The notes below the pieces were generated by a model. It did not search any database. It saw only the letters and a program-made list of their open reading frames with translations, and had not been told where the DNA came from. Made by a program: the position numbers and the translations under genes. Shown in pieces: positions 10,704 to 21,096 of a stretch of DNA of 64,000 nucleotides. The stretch is from an uncultured Gemella sp. (GTDB taxonomy: Bacteria; Bacillota; Bacilli; Staphylococcales; Gemellaceae): the NCBI RefSeq assembly GCF_963515875.1, contig NZ_CAUPZX010000004.1, forward strand, positions 8,461 through 72,460. The letters are read 5' to 3'. Position 1 is the first letter of the stretch. Every line of letters starts with the position of its first letter.

Positions 10704-10842
10704 AAAGGTTAAATAAAAAATAAGTTTAATTATTGTAAACATAATTAATAGATAATGAGGCTCTTAAACTTTGAAATATCAAAATTTAAGAGCCTTTTTA
10801 AAAATAAAGATTAGAAAACAGAAAAAAAGTTATACAAAAGTA

Positions 10843-10871
10843 TTGACATTATGTTAATACTTTTGTATAAT
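10843..10871 (+). promoter_or_regulatory. Sigma-A promoter of tRNA cluster
   Basis: TTGACA-17 bp-TATAAT, perfect consensus. Confidence 0.9.
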
Positions 10872-10902
10872 AAATATTGTTCATTAGGAACACAAATATT
10901 TA

Positions 10903-10976
10903 TCCACAGTAGCTCAGTTGGTAGTAGCATCTGACTGTTAATCAGAGGGTCGCAGGTTCGAGTCCTGCCTGTGGAG
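10903..10976 (+). tRNA. tRNA-Asn(GTT)
   Basis: Cloverleaf, anticodon loop CTGTTAA, GTTCGAGTC T-loop; CCA not encoded. Confidence 0.95.
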
Positions 10977-10978
10977 TT

Positions 10979-11066
10979 GGAGTAGTACTCAAGAGGCTGA
11001 AGAGGCGCCCCTGCTAAGGGTGTAGGTCGGGAAACCGGCGCGAGGGTTCAAATCCCTCCTGCTCCG
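10979..11066 (+). tRNA. tRNA-Ser(GCT)
   Basis: Anticodon loop CTGCTAA, long variable arm GTCGGGAAACCGGC; CCA not encoded. Confidence 0.95.
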
Positions 11067-11077
11067 TTTTTTTTATT

Positions 11078-11152
11078 GGCCCGTTGGTCAAGTGGTTAAG
11101 ACACCGCCCTTTCACGGCGGTAACACGGGTTCGAATCCCGTACGGGTCACCA
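11078..11152 (+). tRNA. tRNA-Glu(TTC)
   Basis: Anticodon loop CTTTCAC, ends ACCA. Confidence 0.95.
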
Positions 11153-11183
11153 TTTGAATTAAATACATTGAGAATAAGAGTTA

Positions 11184-11259
11184 GGTCCCGTGGTGTAGCG
11201 GTTATCACGCCTGCCTGTCACGCAGGAGATCGCGGGTTCGATTCCCGTCGGGACCGCCA
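11184..11259 (+). tRNA. tRNA-Asp(GTC)
   Basis: Anticodon loop CTGTCAC, ends GCCA. Confidence 0.95.
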
Positions 11260-11264
11260 TTTTT

Positions 11265-11337
11265 GCCTTGATAGCTCAGTTGGTAGAGCAATGGATTGAA
11301 GCTCCATGTGTCGGCAGTTCGACTCTGTCTCAAGGCA
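11265..11337 (+). tRNA. tRNA-Phe(GAA)
   Basis: Anticodon loop TTGAAGC; acceptor GCCTTGA/TCAAGGC; CCA not encoded. Confidence 0.93.
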
Positions 11338-11362
11338 TTTTTTTATTTAAACTTAATATTTT

Positions 11363-11439
11363 GGCGGCTGTGGCGAAGTGGTTAACGCATCGGATTGTGG
11401 TTCCGACATTCGGGGGTTCGATTCCCCTCAGCCGCCCCA
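11363..11439 (+). tRNA. tRNA-His(GTG)
   Basis: Anticodon loop TTGTGGT, extra G-1, ends CCCA. Confidence 0.93.
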
Positions 11440-11592
11440 TTTTATGAAATTGATTGAAGAAGTAGTGTAAGAGACATTACTTCTTTTTTTATGACTGACT
11501 TATAACTTTTTTCATAATTTATAAGCAAAAAATTAGCATAATTTATAAAAGAGGAGTAAAATTAAATCTATAAAATATTAGGAGAAAAAAAC

Positions 11593-11940
11593 ATGGAAAA
11601 AACATTTGAAGAATATCTAGAAAATTTTAAAGTAATTGATTCAAAAACTGCTTTTGATAAAATTGATTCAAAAGAAAAATTTGTATTATTTATCGGAAGA
11701 TCATCTTGCCCGTTTTGCAGAAGATTTATGCCAAAATTAAGTGAAGTAGTAGTTTCTAATAAAGTAGAAGCGTTCTTTATCGACTCTCAAGATTTTTCTG
11801 ATGCATCAGGTATAGAATCATTACGTGATAAATACTCAGTAAGAACTGTTCCAGGTTTATTAGTTGCGGAAGCTGGAGAAGTTAAAGTAGTTTGTGATTC
11901 AAGTTTATCTGTCGACGAAATTACTACATTTATTAAATAA
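11593..11940 (+). CDS. Thioredoxin-fold protein (bacteriocin transport accessory/Bta-like)
   Basis: [11 protein letters not shown]xxC motif, TVP cis-Pro loop, C-terminal CDSS. Confidence 0.8.
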   Translation: MEKTFEEYLENFKVIDSKTAFDKIDSKEKFVLFIGRSSCPFCRRFMPKLSEVVVSNKVEAFFIDSQDFSDASGIESLRDKYSVRTVPGLLVAEAGEVKVVCDSSLSVDEITTFIK

Positions 11941-12153
11941 TTTGTGCGCTCGTCTATTTTATGTAGGCGAGTATTTATTTTAATTTAATATGAGAATTTT
12001 AAGTTTTATGTTAATCGTTTAAATATTAAAGAAATTATAATAATAAAATACTGAAAATTTATAGTTTAAGTGATATAATAGTAATTATAAAATTTTACTA
12101 AGTAGTTTTACTTATCTATTTTATAATTCATTATTTAACTATGAGGTGATGAT

Positions 12154-12891
12154 GTGAAAAATGAAAAGTTAGAAGTTAAAAATTTAGTTTTTAACTATGG
12201 GATGAAAAATATATTAAACGGTATATCGTTTGATGTGCCAAAGGGGGAGTTCATAGCGATAGTAGGCAAGAGTGGTGCAGGTAAATCAACTTTGTTGCGC
12301 TGTTTAAATTTGTTAAACAAACCTAACTCAGGGGAAATTAATATATCCGGGGAAAACATAATTAATTTTAATAAGAAAAAGTTGAAAATGATTCGTAGGG
12401 AAATAGCGTTTATTTTCCAAGATTATAATGTTTTAGATAATTTATATACTGTAGAAAATGTTTTGACGCCTTATTTGGTAAAAAAATCAATAGCAGGATT
12501 ATTCCTTGGTTACACTAAAGAAGAATATGAAGAGGGTGTTGGTTACTTAAAACAAGTAGGATTGGAAGAAGAAGCCTTTAAGAAATCGAAATACTTATCA
12601 GGAGGGCAAAAGCAAAGAGTTGCTATAGCTAAAGCTTTGGCTCAAGATCCAAAATTGCTGTTAGCTGATGAACCTGTTAGTAGTTTAGATGAGAAAAATA
12701 CTACGCTCATAATGGATACTTTTAAAAAATTAAATGAGCAAAATGGAATAACAGTATTAATAAATTTACATGACGTAAATCTTGCGAAGAAATATAGTAC
12801 AAGAATTTTAGGATTGAAAGACGGAAAAGTTTTATTTTATAAAGATTCTGATAAGGTGACGAAAGATGAATTTGATGAACTTTATAATTAG
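12154..12891 (+). CDS. phnC: Phosphonate-type ABC transporter ATPase
   Basis: GKSGAGKST, LSGGQKQRV, LADEPVSSLD, INLH. Confidence 0.85.
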   Translation: MKNEKLEVKNLVFNYGMKNILNGISFDVPKGEFIAIVGKSGAGKSTLLRCLNLLNKPNSGEINISGENIINFNKKKLKMIRREIAFIFQDYNVLDNLYTVENVLTPYLVKKSIAGLFLGYTKEEYEEGVGYLKQVGLEEEAFKKSKYLSGGQKQRVAIAKALAQDPKLLLADEPVSSLDEKNTTLIMDTFKKLNEQNGITVLINLHDVNLAKKYSTRILGLKDGKVLFYKDSDKVTKDEFDELYN

Positions 12892-14425
12892 AAAATATAT
12901 TACCAAATTATTAACTATTGTATTTATTGGATTTATACTTATTATTGCTTATATGCAGTATGATACTAAAACATTTTTGCTAGGTTTCAAAAGAATACAT
13001 AATTTACTTGGGAGAATGTATCCTATTGATTTTTCAATTTTACCGGAATTAAAACAACCAATAGTTGAAACAATAAATATTGCATTGTTTTCATCAATCT
13101 TAGCGTTATGTACAGCGTTATTGTTATTACCTATATTGACCAATGTGTTATTTAGATTGAAAATAATACCTAAGGTTTTCAGTGCATTTTTTTCAGTATT
13201 TAGAACGATGCCATTTCTGATTATCGCTGCTATTTTAGTTAGTCTTTTTAGTACAGGTGTATTTAGTGGTTTTGTAAGTATATATTTAATTAATTTACTA
13301 ACCGCCGCCAAATTGTTAAAAGAGTATGCAGAAGAAGTGGAACTTAAACAACTTGAAGCTATGGAATCTTTAGGTAGTTCGAAGTTTGTTATTTATAAAA
13401 ATGCAATTTTATCTAATTTAAAACCTCAGGTAATCTCTGTCTACTTTTTAACATTAGAATCGAGTATTCGTGGAGCTAGTGTTTTAGGATTAGTTGGCGC
13501 AGGTGGGATTGGTCAAAGATTATGGCAAGAATTAAACCATTTAAGATATGATAGAGTTTCTATCATTGTTATCACACTAGTAATTCTGATTTTTATAATA
13601 GATCTAGTAAGTTATTATTTTAGAAATTTACAAAATACATCACAATTAACATTTGAAAGATTTATACTTAGAAAGAATGTAGTGAGAGTTGCAATTCCTT
13701 TAATTATACTGGGAAGTATTGTTTATGTCACTAAGTTTATAAATATTTCTCACGAGAGATTTTTTATAGGGGTAAAACAATTGTCAGTATTAGGAAATGG
13801 TATAATAACTCCAGATTTAGCTTATTCTACTAAAATGTTTAGTGAGCTACTAGTAAGTATAGAAATAGCATTTAGTGCTACGATTTTTGCTGCGGTAACA
13901 GCAATATTTACTTCGTATTTATCATCAGTAAACCTTTTTGGGAAATATAAAGCTCTTAGTATGAAAGTCTTTATAAATATACTAAGAACATTTCCGCCTA
14001 TTATTGTGGCATTAATATTCTTTAGAGGATTTGGACCAGGAGCGATAAGTAGCTTTTTCGCATTATATATATATACTGTGGGTGTAATGACGAAAATGTA
14101 TAATGAAGTATTAGAAGGTATCAATAATAATGTGCTGCTAATGACTAAAAGTTTAGGACTTGGAAGTTTTGTTAGTTATGTAAAAATAATATTTAACGGA
14201 TATTTTCCTGAGTTTGTAACTATTGTACTGTACAGATTCGAAGCAAACATTAAAAATTCAACTATCCTAGGTATGGTAGGTGCAGGTGGAATTGGACATT
14301 TGCTTGTAAATAATATAGAATATAGAAATTGGAACAGAATATCTACATTATTAATTGGATTATCTTTATCGATAATTATTATTGAAAATATATCTTATTT
14401 CATACGAATGAGAGTAAAAAAATAA
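12866..14425 (+). CDS. phnE: Fused double PhnE/PtxC permease
   Basis: Two copies of the PhnE motif (IRGASVLGLVGAGGIG; IKNSTILGMVGAGGIG) in one 519-aa ORF. Confidence 0.85.
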   Translation: MNLMNFIIRKYITKLLTIVFIGFILIIAYMQYDTKTFLLGFKRIHNLLGRMYPIDFSILPELKQPIVETINIALFSSILALCTALLLLPILTNVLFRLKIIPKVFSAFFSVFRTMPFLIIAAILVSLFSTGVFSGFVSIYLINLLTAAKLLKEYAEEVELKQLEAMESLGSSKFVIYKNAILSNLKPQVISVYFLTLESSIRGASVLGLVGAGGIGQRLWQELNHLRYDRVSIIVITLVILIFIIDLVSYYFRNLQNTSQLTFERFILRKNVVRVAIPLIILGSIVYVTKFINISHERFFIGVKQLSVLGNGIITPDLAYSTKMFSELLVSIEIAFSATIFAAVTAIFTSYLSSVNLFGKYKALSMKVFINILRTFPPIIVALIFFRGFGPGAISSFFALYIYTVGVMTKMYNEVLEGINNNVLLMTKSLGLGSFVSYVKIIFNGYFPEFVTIVLYRFEANIKNSTILGMVGAGGIGHLLVNNIEYRNWNRISTLLIGLSLSIIIIENISYFIRMRVKK

Positions 14426-14449
14426 AAATATAAGATCAAGGAGACATAA

Positions 14450-14959
14450 ATGCGATTAAAAGTTGGAAAAATAGTTAATACGCACTCATTAAAAGGAGAA
14501 GTAAAAGTAATTTCATCTACAGATTTTGAAGAACAAAGATTCAAAAAAGGTACTGAACTATTAATAACTAGAGGAAATCAAGTTGTAAAGGAAGTAGTTG
14601 TAGAAAGTTATAGAACTCATAAAAATAATCTTTTAGTAAAATTTGAAGGAATTGACACAATAGAAGAAGCGGAAAAATTAAAAAATCTACAAATAAAAAT
14701 TGATTCTGAGAATATTGGAGAATTAGAAGAAAACGAATTTTATTTTCATGAAATTATCGGATGTGAAGTCTTTGATGAAAACGAAAAAACATTAGGAGAA
14801 ATCGTTGAAATTCTTACACCTGGCGCAAATGATGTTTGGGTTATAAAATCTCAAAATGGAAAAGAAATTTTAATACCTTACATTGAAGATGTAGTTAAGA
14901 AAATAGATGTTACAAATAAAAGAATCGACATTGAAGTAATGGAAGGATTAATCGACTAA
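14450..14959 (+). CDS. rimM: Ribosome maturation factor RimM
   Basis: [37 protein letters not shown]. Confidence 0.95.
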   Translation: MRLKVGKIVNTHSLKGEVKVISSTDFEEQRFKKGTELLITRGNQVVKEVVVESYRTHKNNLLVKFEGIDTIEEAEKLKNLQIKIDSENIGELEENEFYFHEIIGCEVFDENEKTLGEIVEILTPGANDVWVIKSQNGKEILIPYIEDVVKKIDVTNKRIDIEVMEGLID

Positions 14960-15690
14960 TGAAAATTGATATACTTACATTGTTTCCAGATATGTTCGAT
15001 TCACTAAATCATTCAATATTAGGAAAAGCAAAAGACAATAAATTATTAGACATAAATATAATCGATTATCGAAAATTTTCTGGTAATAAACATAATCAAG
15101 TAGATGATTATCCATTCGGTGGCGGTCAAGGAATGGTATTGAAACCAGAACCGATATTTAACGCTGTTGAAAGTTTAGATAAAACAGATAAAACACGTAT
15201 AATATTATTATGTCCACAAGGGGAAAGATTTAGTCAAAAAAAAGCGGAAGAACTATCGCAAGAGGATCATTTAATTTTTATCTGTGGTCACTATGAAGGT
15301 TATGATGAAAGAATTAGAGAATTTCTAGTAACTGATGAATTGTCTATTGGTGATTTTATTTTAACCGGTGGGGAATTTGCTGCTATGACAATGGTTGATA
15401 GTATAGCAAGACTTGTTCCAGATGTACTAGGGAAAGAAGAATCTCATAAAGACGATTCATTTTCTACAGGTCTTTTGGAATATCCACAATACACAAGACC
15501 GAAAGATTATAAGGGAATGTTAGTTCCAGATGTATTAACTAGTGGTCACCATAAAAACATAGAGATTTACAGAAAAAAAGAAAGTTTACGAAGAACACTG
15601 ACTAGGCGTCCAGATTTACTGGAAAATTATGAATTAAGTAAAGAAGAAGTAAAATTACTTGATGAAATAAAAAAAGAATTAAAAAATTAA
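14959..15690 (+). CDS. trmD: tRNA (guanine-N1)-methyltransferase
   Basis: [48 protein letters not shown]. Confidence 0.97.
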   Translation: MKIDILTLFPDMFDSLNHSILGKAKDNKLLDINIIDYRKFSGNKHNQVDDYPFGGGQGMVLKPEPIFNAVESLDKTDKTRIILLCPQGERFSQKKAEELSQEDHLIFICGHYEGYDERIREFLVTDELSIGDFILTGGEFAAMTMVDSIARLVPDVLGKEESHKDDSFSTGLLEYPQYTRPKDYKGMLVPDVLTSGHHKNIEIYRKKESLRRTLTRRPDLLENYELSKEEVKLLDEIKKELKN

Positions 15691-15771
15691 CGTAAAATAA
15701 ATGACATAACTATATTTTTGATGTATAATATTAATATAGTATGTATTGTAAGCACAGGAGGATTAGAAGTA

Positions 15772-16980
15772 ATGACAACTTCATTTGAGGAATTATTAAA
15801 TAGCTCAGAAATGCTGAAAAAAGGAGACAAAGTAACTGGTACAGTATCTAAAATAGATAATGACAAAGTATACGTAGATGTTGCAGGAGCACAATATGAC
15901 TGCGTAATCTTACGTAATCAAATCACAAGAAAACCATTCGAAAATATTGAAGAAGTGTTATCAGTTGGTGATGAAATCGAAGCTCAAGTAACAGGAATTA
16001 GAGCTGATCGTGAAAAAAGATCAGAAGATGTTCCAGGTGTAATCTATTTATCGCACAAAATCTTAGAAAACGCTGAATATAAAAAATTAGTAGAATTATC
16101 ATGGACTGGATTAATCGAAAAATTTGAAAATGGTGAATTAATTCAAGCAACAGTTTCAGGACAAACTAAAGGTGGATTATTAGCCGATGTAGAAGGATTA
16201 CGTGCGTTTATTCCTGGTTCATATATCGACACTAAATTTAGAAAAGATTTATCTAAATTTGTAGGAAATGAATACACATTCAAAATTGAAGAAGTAGATA
16301 AAGCTAAAAACAAAATTATCTTAAACAGACGCGTTATTTTAGAAGAAGAAAAAGCTAAAAAGTTAGCAGAAGTTTATGGAAACATTAATGAAGGTGATGT
16401 AATTGAAGGTAAAGTTAGTCGTATTACTGACTTTGGAGCATTCATTAACATTGGTGAAGTTGATGGATTATTACACATCTCAGAAATTTCTCACGCTCGT
16501 GTAGAAAAAGTTTCTGATGTTCTATCAGTTGGAGATACTGTTAAAGTTGCAGTTATCGCTGTTGATAAAGAGAATGAAAAAGTTTCACTTTCTGCAAAAA
16601 CATTATTACCAACACAATGGGAAGTTGCTCGTGCTACAATCAAAACTGGTGATGTATTAGAAGGTGTTGTTCGTAATACAACAGCATTTGGAGCTTTTGT
16701 AGAAGTATTACCTGATGTAGAAGGGTTAGTACATATTTCTCAAATTTCTCACGACAGAGTGACAAAAGTAGAAGACGTTCTTAAAAAAGGAGATAAAGTT
16801 ACAGTTAAAGTTTTAGAATTTGATTTTGAAACAGAAAGACTATCTTTATCTATTAAAGAGTTATTAGAAAAACCAGTTAAAGAAGAAGTTAAGGAAGAAG
16901 CTGAATACGATACTTCTTACTTAAAAGATGAAGATACTTCATTTAGCTTAGGGGACAAATTTAAAGATATCGAACTTTAA
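15772..16980 (+). CDS. rpsA: 30S ribosomal protein S1 (four S1 domains)
   Basis: Repeated S1 motifs (FGAF..GLLHISEIS; FGAFV..GLVHISQIS); ATG 15772 after SD AGGAGG. Confidence 0.92.
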   Translation: MTTSFEELLNSSEMLKKGDKVTGTVSKIDNDKVYVDVAGAQYDCVILRNQITRKPFENIEEVLSVGDEIEAQVTGIRADREKRSEDVPGVIYLSHKILENAEYKKLVELSWTGLIEKFENGELIQATVSGQTKGGLLADVEGLRAFIPGSYIDTKFRKDLSKFVGNEYTFKIEEVDKAKNKIILNRRVILEEEKAKKLAEVYGNINEGDVIEGKVSRITDFGAFINIGEVDGLLHISEISHARVEKVSDVLSVGDTVKVAVIAVDKENEKVSLSAKTLLPTQWEVARATIKTGDVLEGVVRNTTAFGAFVEVLPDVEGLVHISQISHDRVTKVEDVLKKGDKVTVKVLEFDFETERLSLSIKELLEKPVKEEVKEEAEYDTSYLKDEDTSFSLGDKFKDIEL

Positions 16981-17143
16981 TTTGAAAAATAAAGAAATAA
17001 AGGCAGTAGATAGGCTTGTCTATTGCTTTTATTTTTTAGGTATTAAAGCAAGTTGAATGTACTAACGTTTTTTATAAATAATATAGTTTTTAATAAAACT
17101 TTAGGTAATTCGAATAAAAATATATAGATATGGAGGTAAAAAC

Positions 17144-18451
17144 ATGGCAAAACCAACAGTTGCGATTATTGGTAGACCTAATGTCGGTAAATCTACAATC
17201 TTTAACAAGATAATTGGTGATAGACTTTCTATTGTTGAAGATGTAGCAGGTGTAACTCGTGATAGAATTTATTCAAAAGCAGAATGGTTAAATTATTCAT
17301 TCTTTATGATAGATACAGGAGGAATCGAGTTGGAAGATACTCCGTTCCAAAAACAAATTAGAGCACAAGCAGAGCTAGCAATCGATGAAGCTGATGTTAT
17401 AATTTTCTTAACAAATGGTCGTGATGGAGTAACTAGTGATGATGAGGAAGTTGCTAAGTTATTATATAAGACAGACAAACCAGTCGTGCTTGCAGTAAAT
17501 AAAATTGATAATTTCGATATGAATCATATGATTTATGATTTTTATTCACTAGGATTTGGAGATCCATTCCCAATTTCAGGTTCTCATGGATTAGGTATCG
17601 GAGATTTACTAGATGAAGTTTGTAAAAACTTTAAGGTACTAGATGAAGAGGAAGAAGATGAAAAAATTAGATTCTCTCTTATTGGACGACCAAATGTCGG
17701 AAAATCTAGTTTAATTAATACTATTTTAGGTGAAGAGCGTGTTATTGCATCTGATATTGCTGGAACTACGCGTGATGCAATCGATACTGATTTCAGACAT
17801 AATGGAGATGAGTACGTTGTAATTGATACAGCAGGTATTAGAAAACGTGGTAAAGTATATGAAAGTTGTGAAAAATATTCTGTATTACGTTCACTAAAAG
17901 CAATAGAACGTTCAGATGTCGTGTTAGTTGTTCTTAATGCCGAAGAAGGTATTATTGAACAAGATAAGAAAGTAGCTGGATATGCACATGAATCTGGTAA
18001 AGGGGTTATTATAGTTGTAAATAAATGGGATGCAATCGCAAAAGACGATAAGACTATGAAAGAATTTGATGAAAAAATTCGTGATAGTTTTGCGTACTTA
18101 GATTATGCAAAAATTATATATGTTTCTGCAAAAACTAAACAGCGTGTATTTAATATCTTCCCATTAATTAAAGAATCATATGAAAATAGACAACGACGTA
18201 TTCAAAGTTCAACTCTAAATGAGATTGTTGTTGATGCTGTTGCTATGAACCCAACACCGCAAGATAAAGGTAAGAGGCTTAATATTTTCTATGCTTCTCA
18301 AGTTGCTATTAATCCACCAACATTTGTATTCTTTGTAAATTATCCAGAGCTTATGCATTTCTCTTATGAGAGATTTTTAGAGAATAGAATTCGTGATTCA
18401 TTCAATTTTGAAGGAACGCCTATTAAGCTATTAGCACGTCAAAGAAACTAA
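17144..18451 (+). CDS. der: Ribosome biogenesis GTPase Der
   Basis: Two tandem G-domains, each GRPNVGKS. Confidence 0.97.
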   Translation: MAKPTVAIIGRPNVGKSTIFNKIIGDRLSIVEDVAGVTRDRIYSKAEWLNYSFFMIDTGGIELEDTPFQKQIRAQAELAIDEADVIIFLTNGRDGVTSDDEEVAKLLYKTDKPVVLAVNKIDNFDMNHMIYDFYSLGFGDPFPISGSHGLGIGDLLDEVCKNFKVLDEEEEDEKIRFSLIGRPNVGKSSLINTILGEERVIASDIAGTTRDAIDTDFRHNGDEYVVIDTAGIRKRGKVYESCEKYSVLRSLKAIERSDVVLVVLNAEEGIIEQDKKVAGYAHESGKGVIIVVNKWDAIAKDDKTMKEFDEKIRDSFAYLDYAKIIYVSAKTKQRVFNIFPLIKESYENRQRRIQSSTLNEIVVDAVAMNPTPQDKGKRLNIFYASQVAINPPTFVFFVNYPELMHFSYERFLENRIRDSFNFEGTPIKLLARQRN

Positions 18452-18676
18452 TAATAAGAGTTAAATTTTATAGTACGATCTAGAAGTTAATTTACTTTTA
18501 GATCGTATTTTTTATACTTAAACGATAATATGAAGAGAAATTGAAAATAAACTGTAAAGAATAGAAAATTAATTACTTTTATTATCAATGGTAAAATTTA
18601 GTCAAAATACTAGAAAATAATTTTAGAACATGGTATAATTCTTCTTATATACTTTACTAATTAGGAGGTAATCTAT

Positions 18677-19402
18677 ATGCCATTAGGATATTATGGAATG
18701 TCAGGAAGTTATATAATTTACTTTTTACTAATTATGTTGATTCCTTTATGGGCACAATTTAAAGTAAAAAGAACATACGAAAGATATAAAAAAGTAAGAA
18801 CAAAATCAGGTTTAACTGGAAAAGAAGTTGCAGAAATTATAATGCAAGCAAATGGAATTACAGGTGTTAAGGTAGTAAGAGGTGAGGTTGAATTATCAGA
18901 CCACTATGATCCAACTAATAATATAGTTGTACTATCGCCTATAGTTCATGATCAACCTACAGTTGCTTCAGTAGCGATAGCAGCACATGAAATTGGTCAC
19001 GTTATTCAAGACAAGGTAGCAGACTATAAACCAATGAGATGGAGACACGCTTTAGTGCCTTTAGCTAATTTTGGTGGAAACTTATCAACAATTCTTATTA
19101 TGGTAGGATTCTTATTAACAGGATTAATCGGAAAATTTGGTTATACAGTTGCTTGGATTGGTGTAGGATTAATGCTATTTGCAGTTCTATTCCAAGTTGT
19201 AACATTGCCAGTTGAGTTCGATGCATCAAAACGAGCATTAGAACAAGTGGTTGATTTAAATATCGTAGACGATCAAGAACATAGACATTGTCGTAAGGTT
19301 CTAACGGCAGCAGCCTTAACTTATGTTGCGGCGGCAGTTGTAGCTTTAATGGAAATGTTAAGATTCGTCTTCATATTACTAAATAGTAATAATAGAGATT
19401 AA
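18677..19402 (+). CDS. Membrane zinc metallopeptidase (YugP-like)
   Basis: LSDHYDP, AAHEIGH, TLPVEFDASKRA, AAALTYVAA. Confidence 0.9.
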   Translation: MPLGYYGMSGSYIIYFLLIMLIPLWAQFKVKRTYERYKKVRTKSGLTGKEVAEIIMQANGITGVKVVRGEVELSDHYDPTNNIVVLSPIVHDQPTVASVAIAAHEIGHVIQDKVADYKPMRWRHALVPLANFGGNLSTILIMVGFLLTGLIGKFGYTVAWIGVGLMLFAVLFQVVTLPVEFDASKRALEQVVDLNIVDDQEHRHCRKVLTAAALTYVAAAVVALMEMLRFVFILLNSNNRD

Positions 19403-19609
19403 TGAATATTAGATTGTCAATGGAAATTGGCAATCTTTTTTGTTATACGTAAAAATAAGTACTATATTGAAGCTATTATGAGACTATATTGTAAAGGAAT
19501 ATCAGAAAATTTATGTAAATAATAAAGATAGATATTAAACTAATATTTCTTTCATAAAATCTATATTAGTGATATAATAATGTAAGACTATATAATCAAG
19601 AGGTAAAAA

Positions 19610-19975
19610 ATGATTTACGGAATCGGTTGTGATATCGTCGATATTCATCGCTTTGAAAAATATGTTGATGATAAAAAACGACTTGAAAAATTATATACAG
19701 AAAATGAATTAAATGAATTTTATAAAATAACAGATCATAGAAGGAAAATGGAATTTCTAGCTGGACGTTTTGCAGTTAAAGAAGCTACTTCGAAAGCACT
19801 AGGAGTTGGAATTTCTAAAGATTTTTCTTTTCATGATGTAGAAGTAAAAAAAGACGATAAAGGAAAACCTTTTATAGAATATAAAGACTTTATAACTCAT
19901 CTTACTATAAGCCATACTGATACAACGGTTGTGGCATTTGTTATTTTAGAAAAAGGGGACAAGATTGATGATTAA
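19610..19975 (+). CDS. acpS: Holo-ACP synthase
   Basis: GIGCDIV, LAGRFAVKEA, GKP, ISH. Confidence 0.95.
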   Translation: MIYGIGCDIVDIHRFEKYVDDKKRLEKLYTENELNEFYKITDHRRKMEFLAGRFAVKEATSKALGVGISKDFSFHDVEVKKDDKGKPFIEYKDFITHLTISHTDTTVVAFVILEKGDKIDD

Positions 19976-21095
19976 TGATAGACCGACTCAATTAAGAGTA
20001 AACTTGGATGCTTTACTAAATAATTATAATAAGTTGAATGAACTTAATAATAATAAAATCGGTTTAGCAATAGTTAAAGCTGATTCATATGGATTAGGAG
20101 CTAAAGTAATTGCCAATCATCTTTATCAAAATGGAGTTAGGCATTTTGCTACAGCGACATTAGAAGAGGCGCTAGAGCTAAAAGAAGTAATTCAAGACAG
20201 TATGGTGCTTGTATTAGGTGTCACAAATCCTAAAAATATAAAATACGCAATTGAAAATAATATTTCTCTAACTTGTCCATCTATTACTTGGCTAAGAGAA
20301 TGTCTTTCTGAATTAGAAACTTTAGATAAAAAATTAAAAATACATGTAAAGATTGATACAGGAATGGGTAGAATAGGAACTTCTGATGTAGAGGAATTAA
20401 AAAGTATTGATAGGCTACTAGATTCAGAAAAAATTGACTTTGAAGGAATCTTCTCGCATTATTCAAATGCAGATGGTACAGATGATATTTATGATGATTA
20501 TCAAACAGAAAATTTTGAAGAAAAAATAAAAATTTTTACTCGTAAACCAAAATATATTCATATAGAAAATTCAGCAGGGACTGTAAAATATAGTAATAGA
20601 GATGATTGCTATAATATGACGAGAATAGGAATTGCTCTATATGGATGCTATCCGAGTGAAAATATAGAAAAATTAGATAAGGTTCGGTTAGAACCAGTAG
20701 CTACATTACTAAGTAAAGTAACTCATGTCAAGAAATTTTCACAAGGTGAAAAATTAGGATATGGTGTTAGTTATGAAGCTAAACAAGATGAATATATAGC
20801 AACTGTTCCTATCGGTTATGCAGATGGTTTATTAAGGCGTGCACAAGGTTTTAAGATTAAAGTAGGAACAGAAGATTGTGAAATAGTAGGACGTGTTTGC
20901 ATGGATCAACTTATGGTACGTTGCAACGAAAATGTAAAAGTAGGGGATACTGTTTTATTTTATGGGGAACACAATGGTCAAAGAGTATCAATAGATGACT
21001 TTGCATCATACCAAGATACCATAAGTTATGAAATATTTTGTTGCATAAGTAAACGTGTTCTAAGAATTTATTATAAAAATAAAATGGAGTTATAG
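19968..21095 (+). CDS. alr: Alanine racemase
   Basis: AIVKADSYGLG PLP-lysine motif, HVKIDTGMGRIG, IGYADG, GRVCMDQ. Confidence 0.95.
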   Translation: MINDRPTQLRVNLDALLNNYNKLNELNNNKIGLAIVKADSYGLGAKVIANHLYQNGVRHFATATLEEALELKEVIQDSMVLVLGVTNPKNIKYAIENNISLTCPSITWLRECLSELETLDKKLKIHVKIDTGMGRIGTSDVEELKSIDRLLDSEKIDFEGIFSHYSNADGTDDIYDDYQTENFEEKIKIFTRKPKYIHIENSAGTVKYSNRDDCYNMTRIGIALYGCYPSENIEKLDKVRLEPVATLLSKVTHVKKFSQGEKLGYGVSYEAKQDEYIATVPIGYADGLLRRAQGFKIKVGTEDCEIVGRVCMDQLMVRCNENVKVGDTVLFYGEHNGQRVSIDDFASYQDTISYEIFCCISKRVLRIYYKNKMEL

Positions 21096-21096
21096 T

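Noticed and set aside
11014..11299. ORFs of 64 and 71 aa in the track
   Set aside because: They overlap tRNA genes
11593..11940. Bacteriocin locus suggested by the Bta-like protein or the CAAX protease
   Set aside because: No double-glycine precursor, peptidase-ABC exporter or immunity cluster nearby
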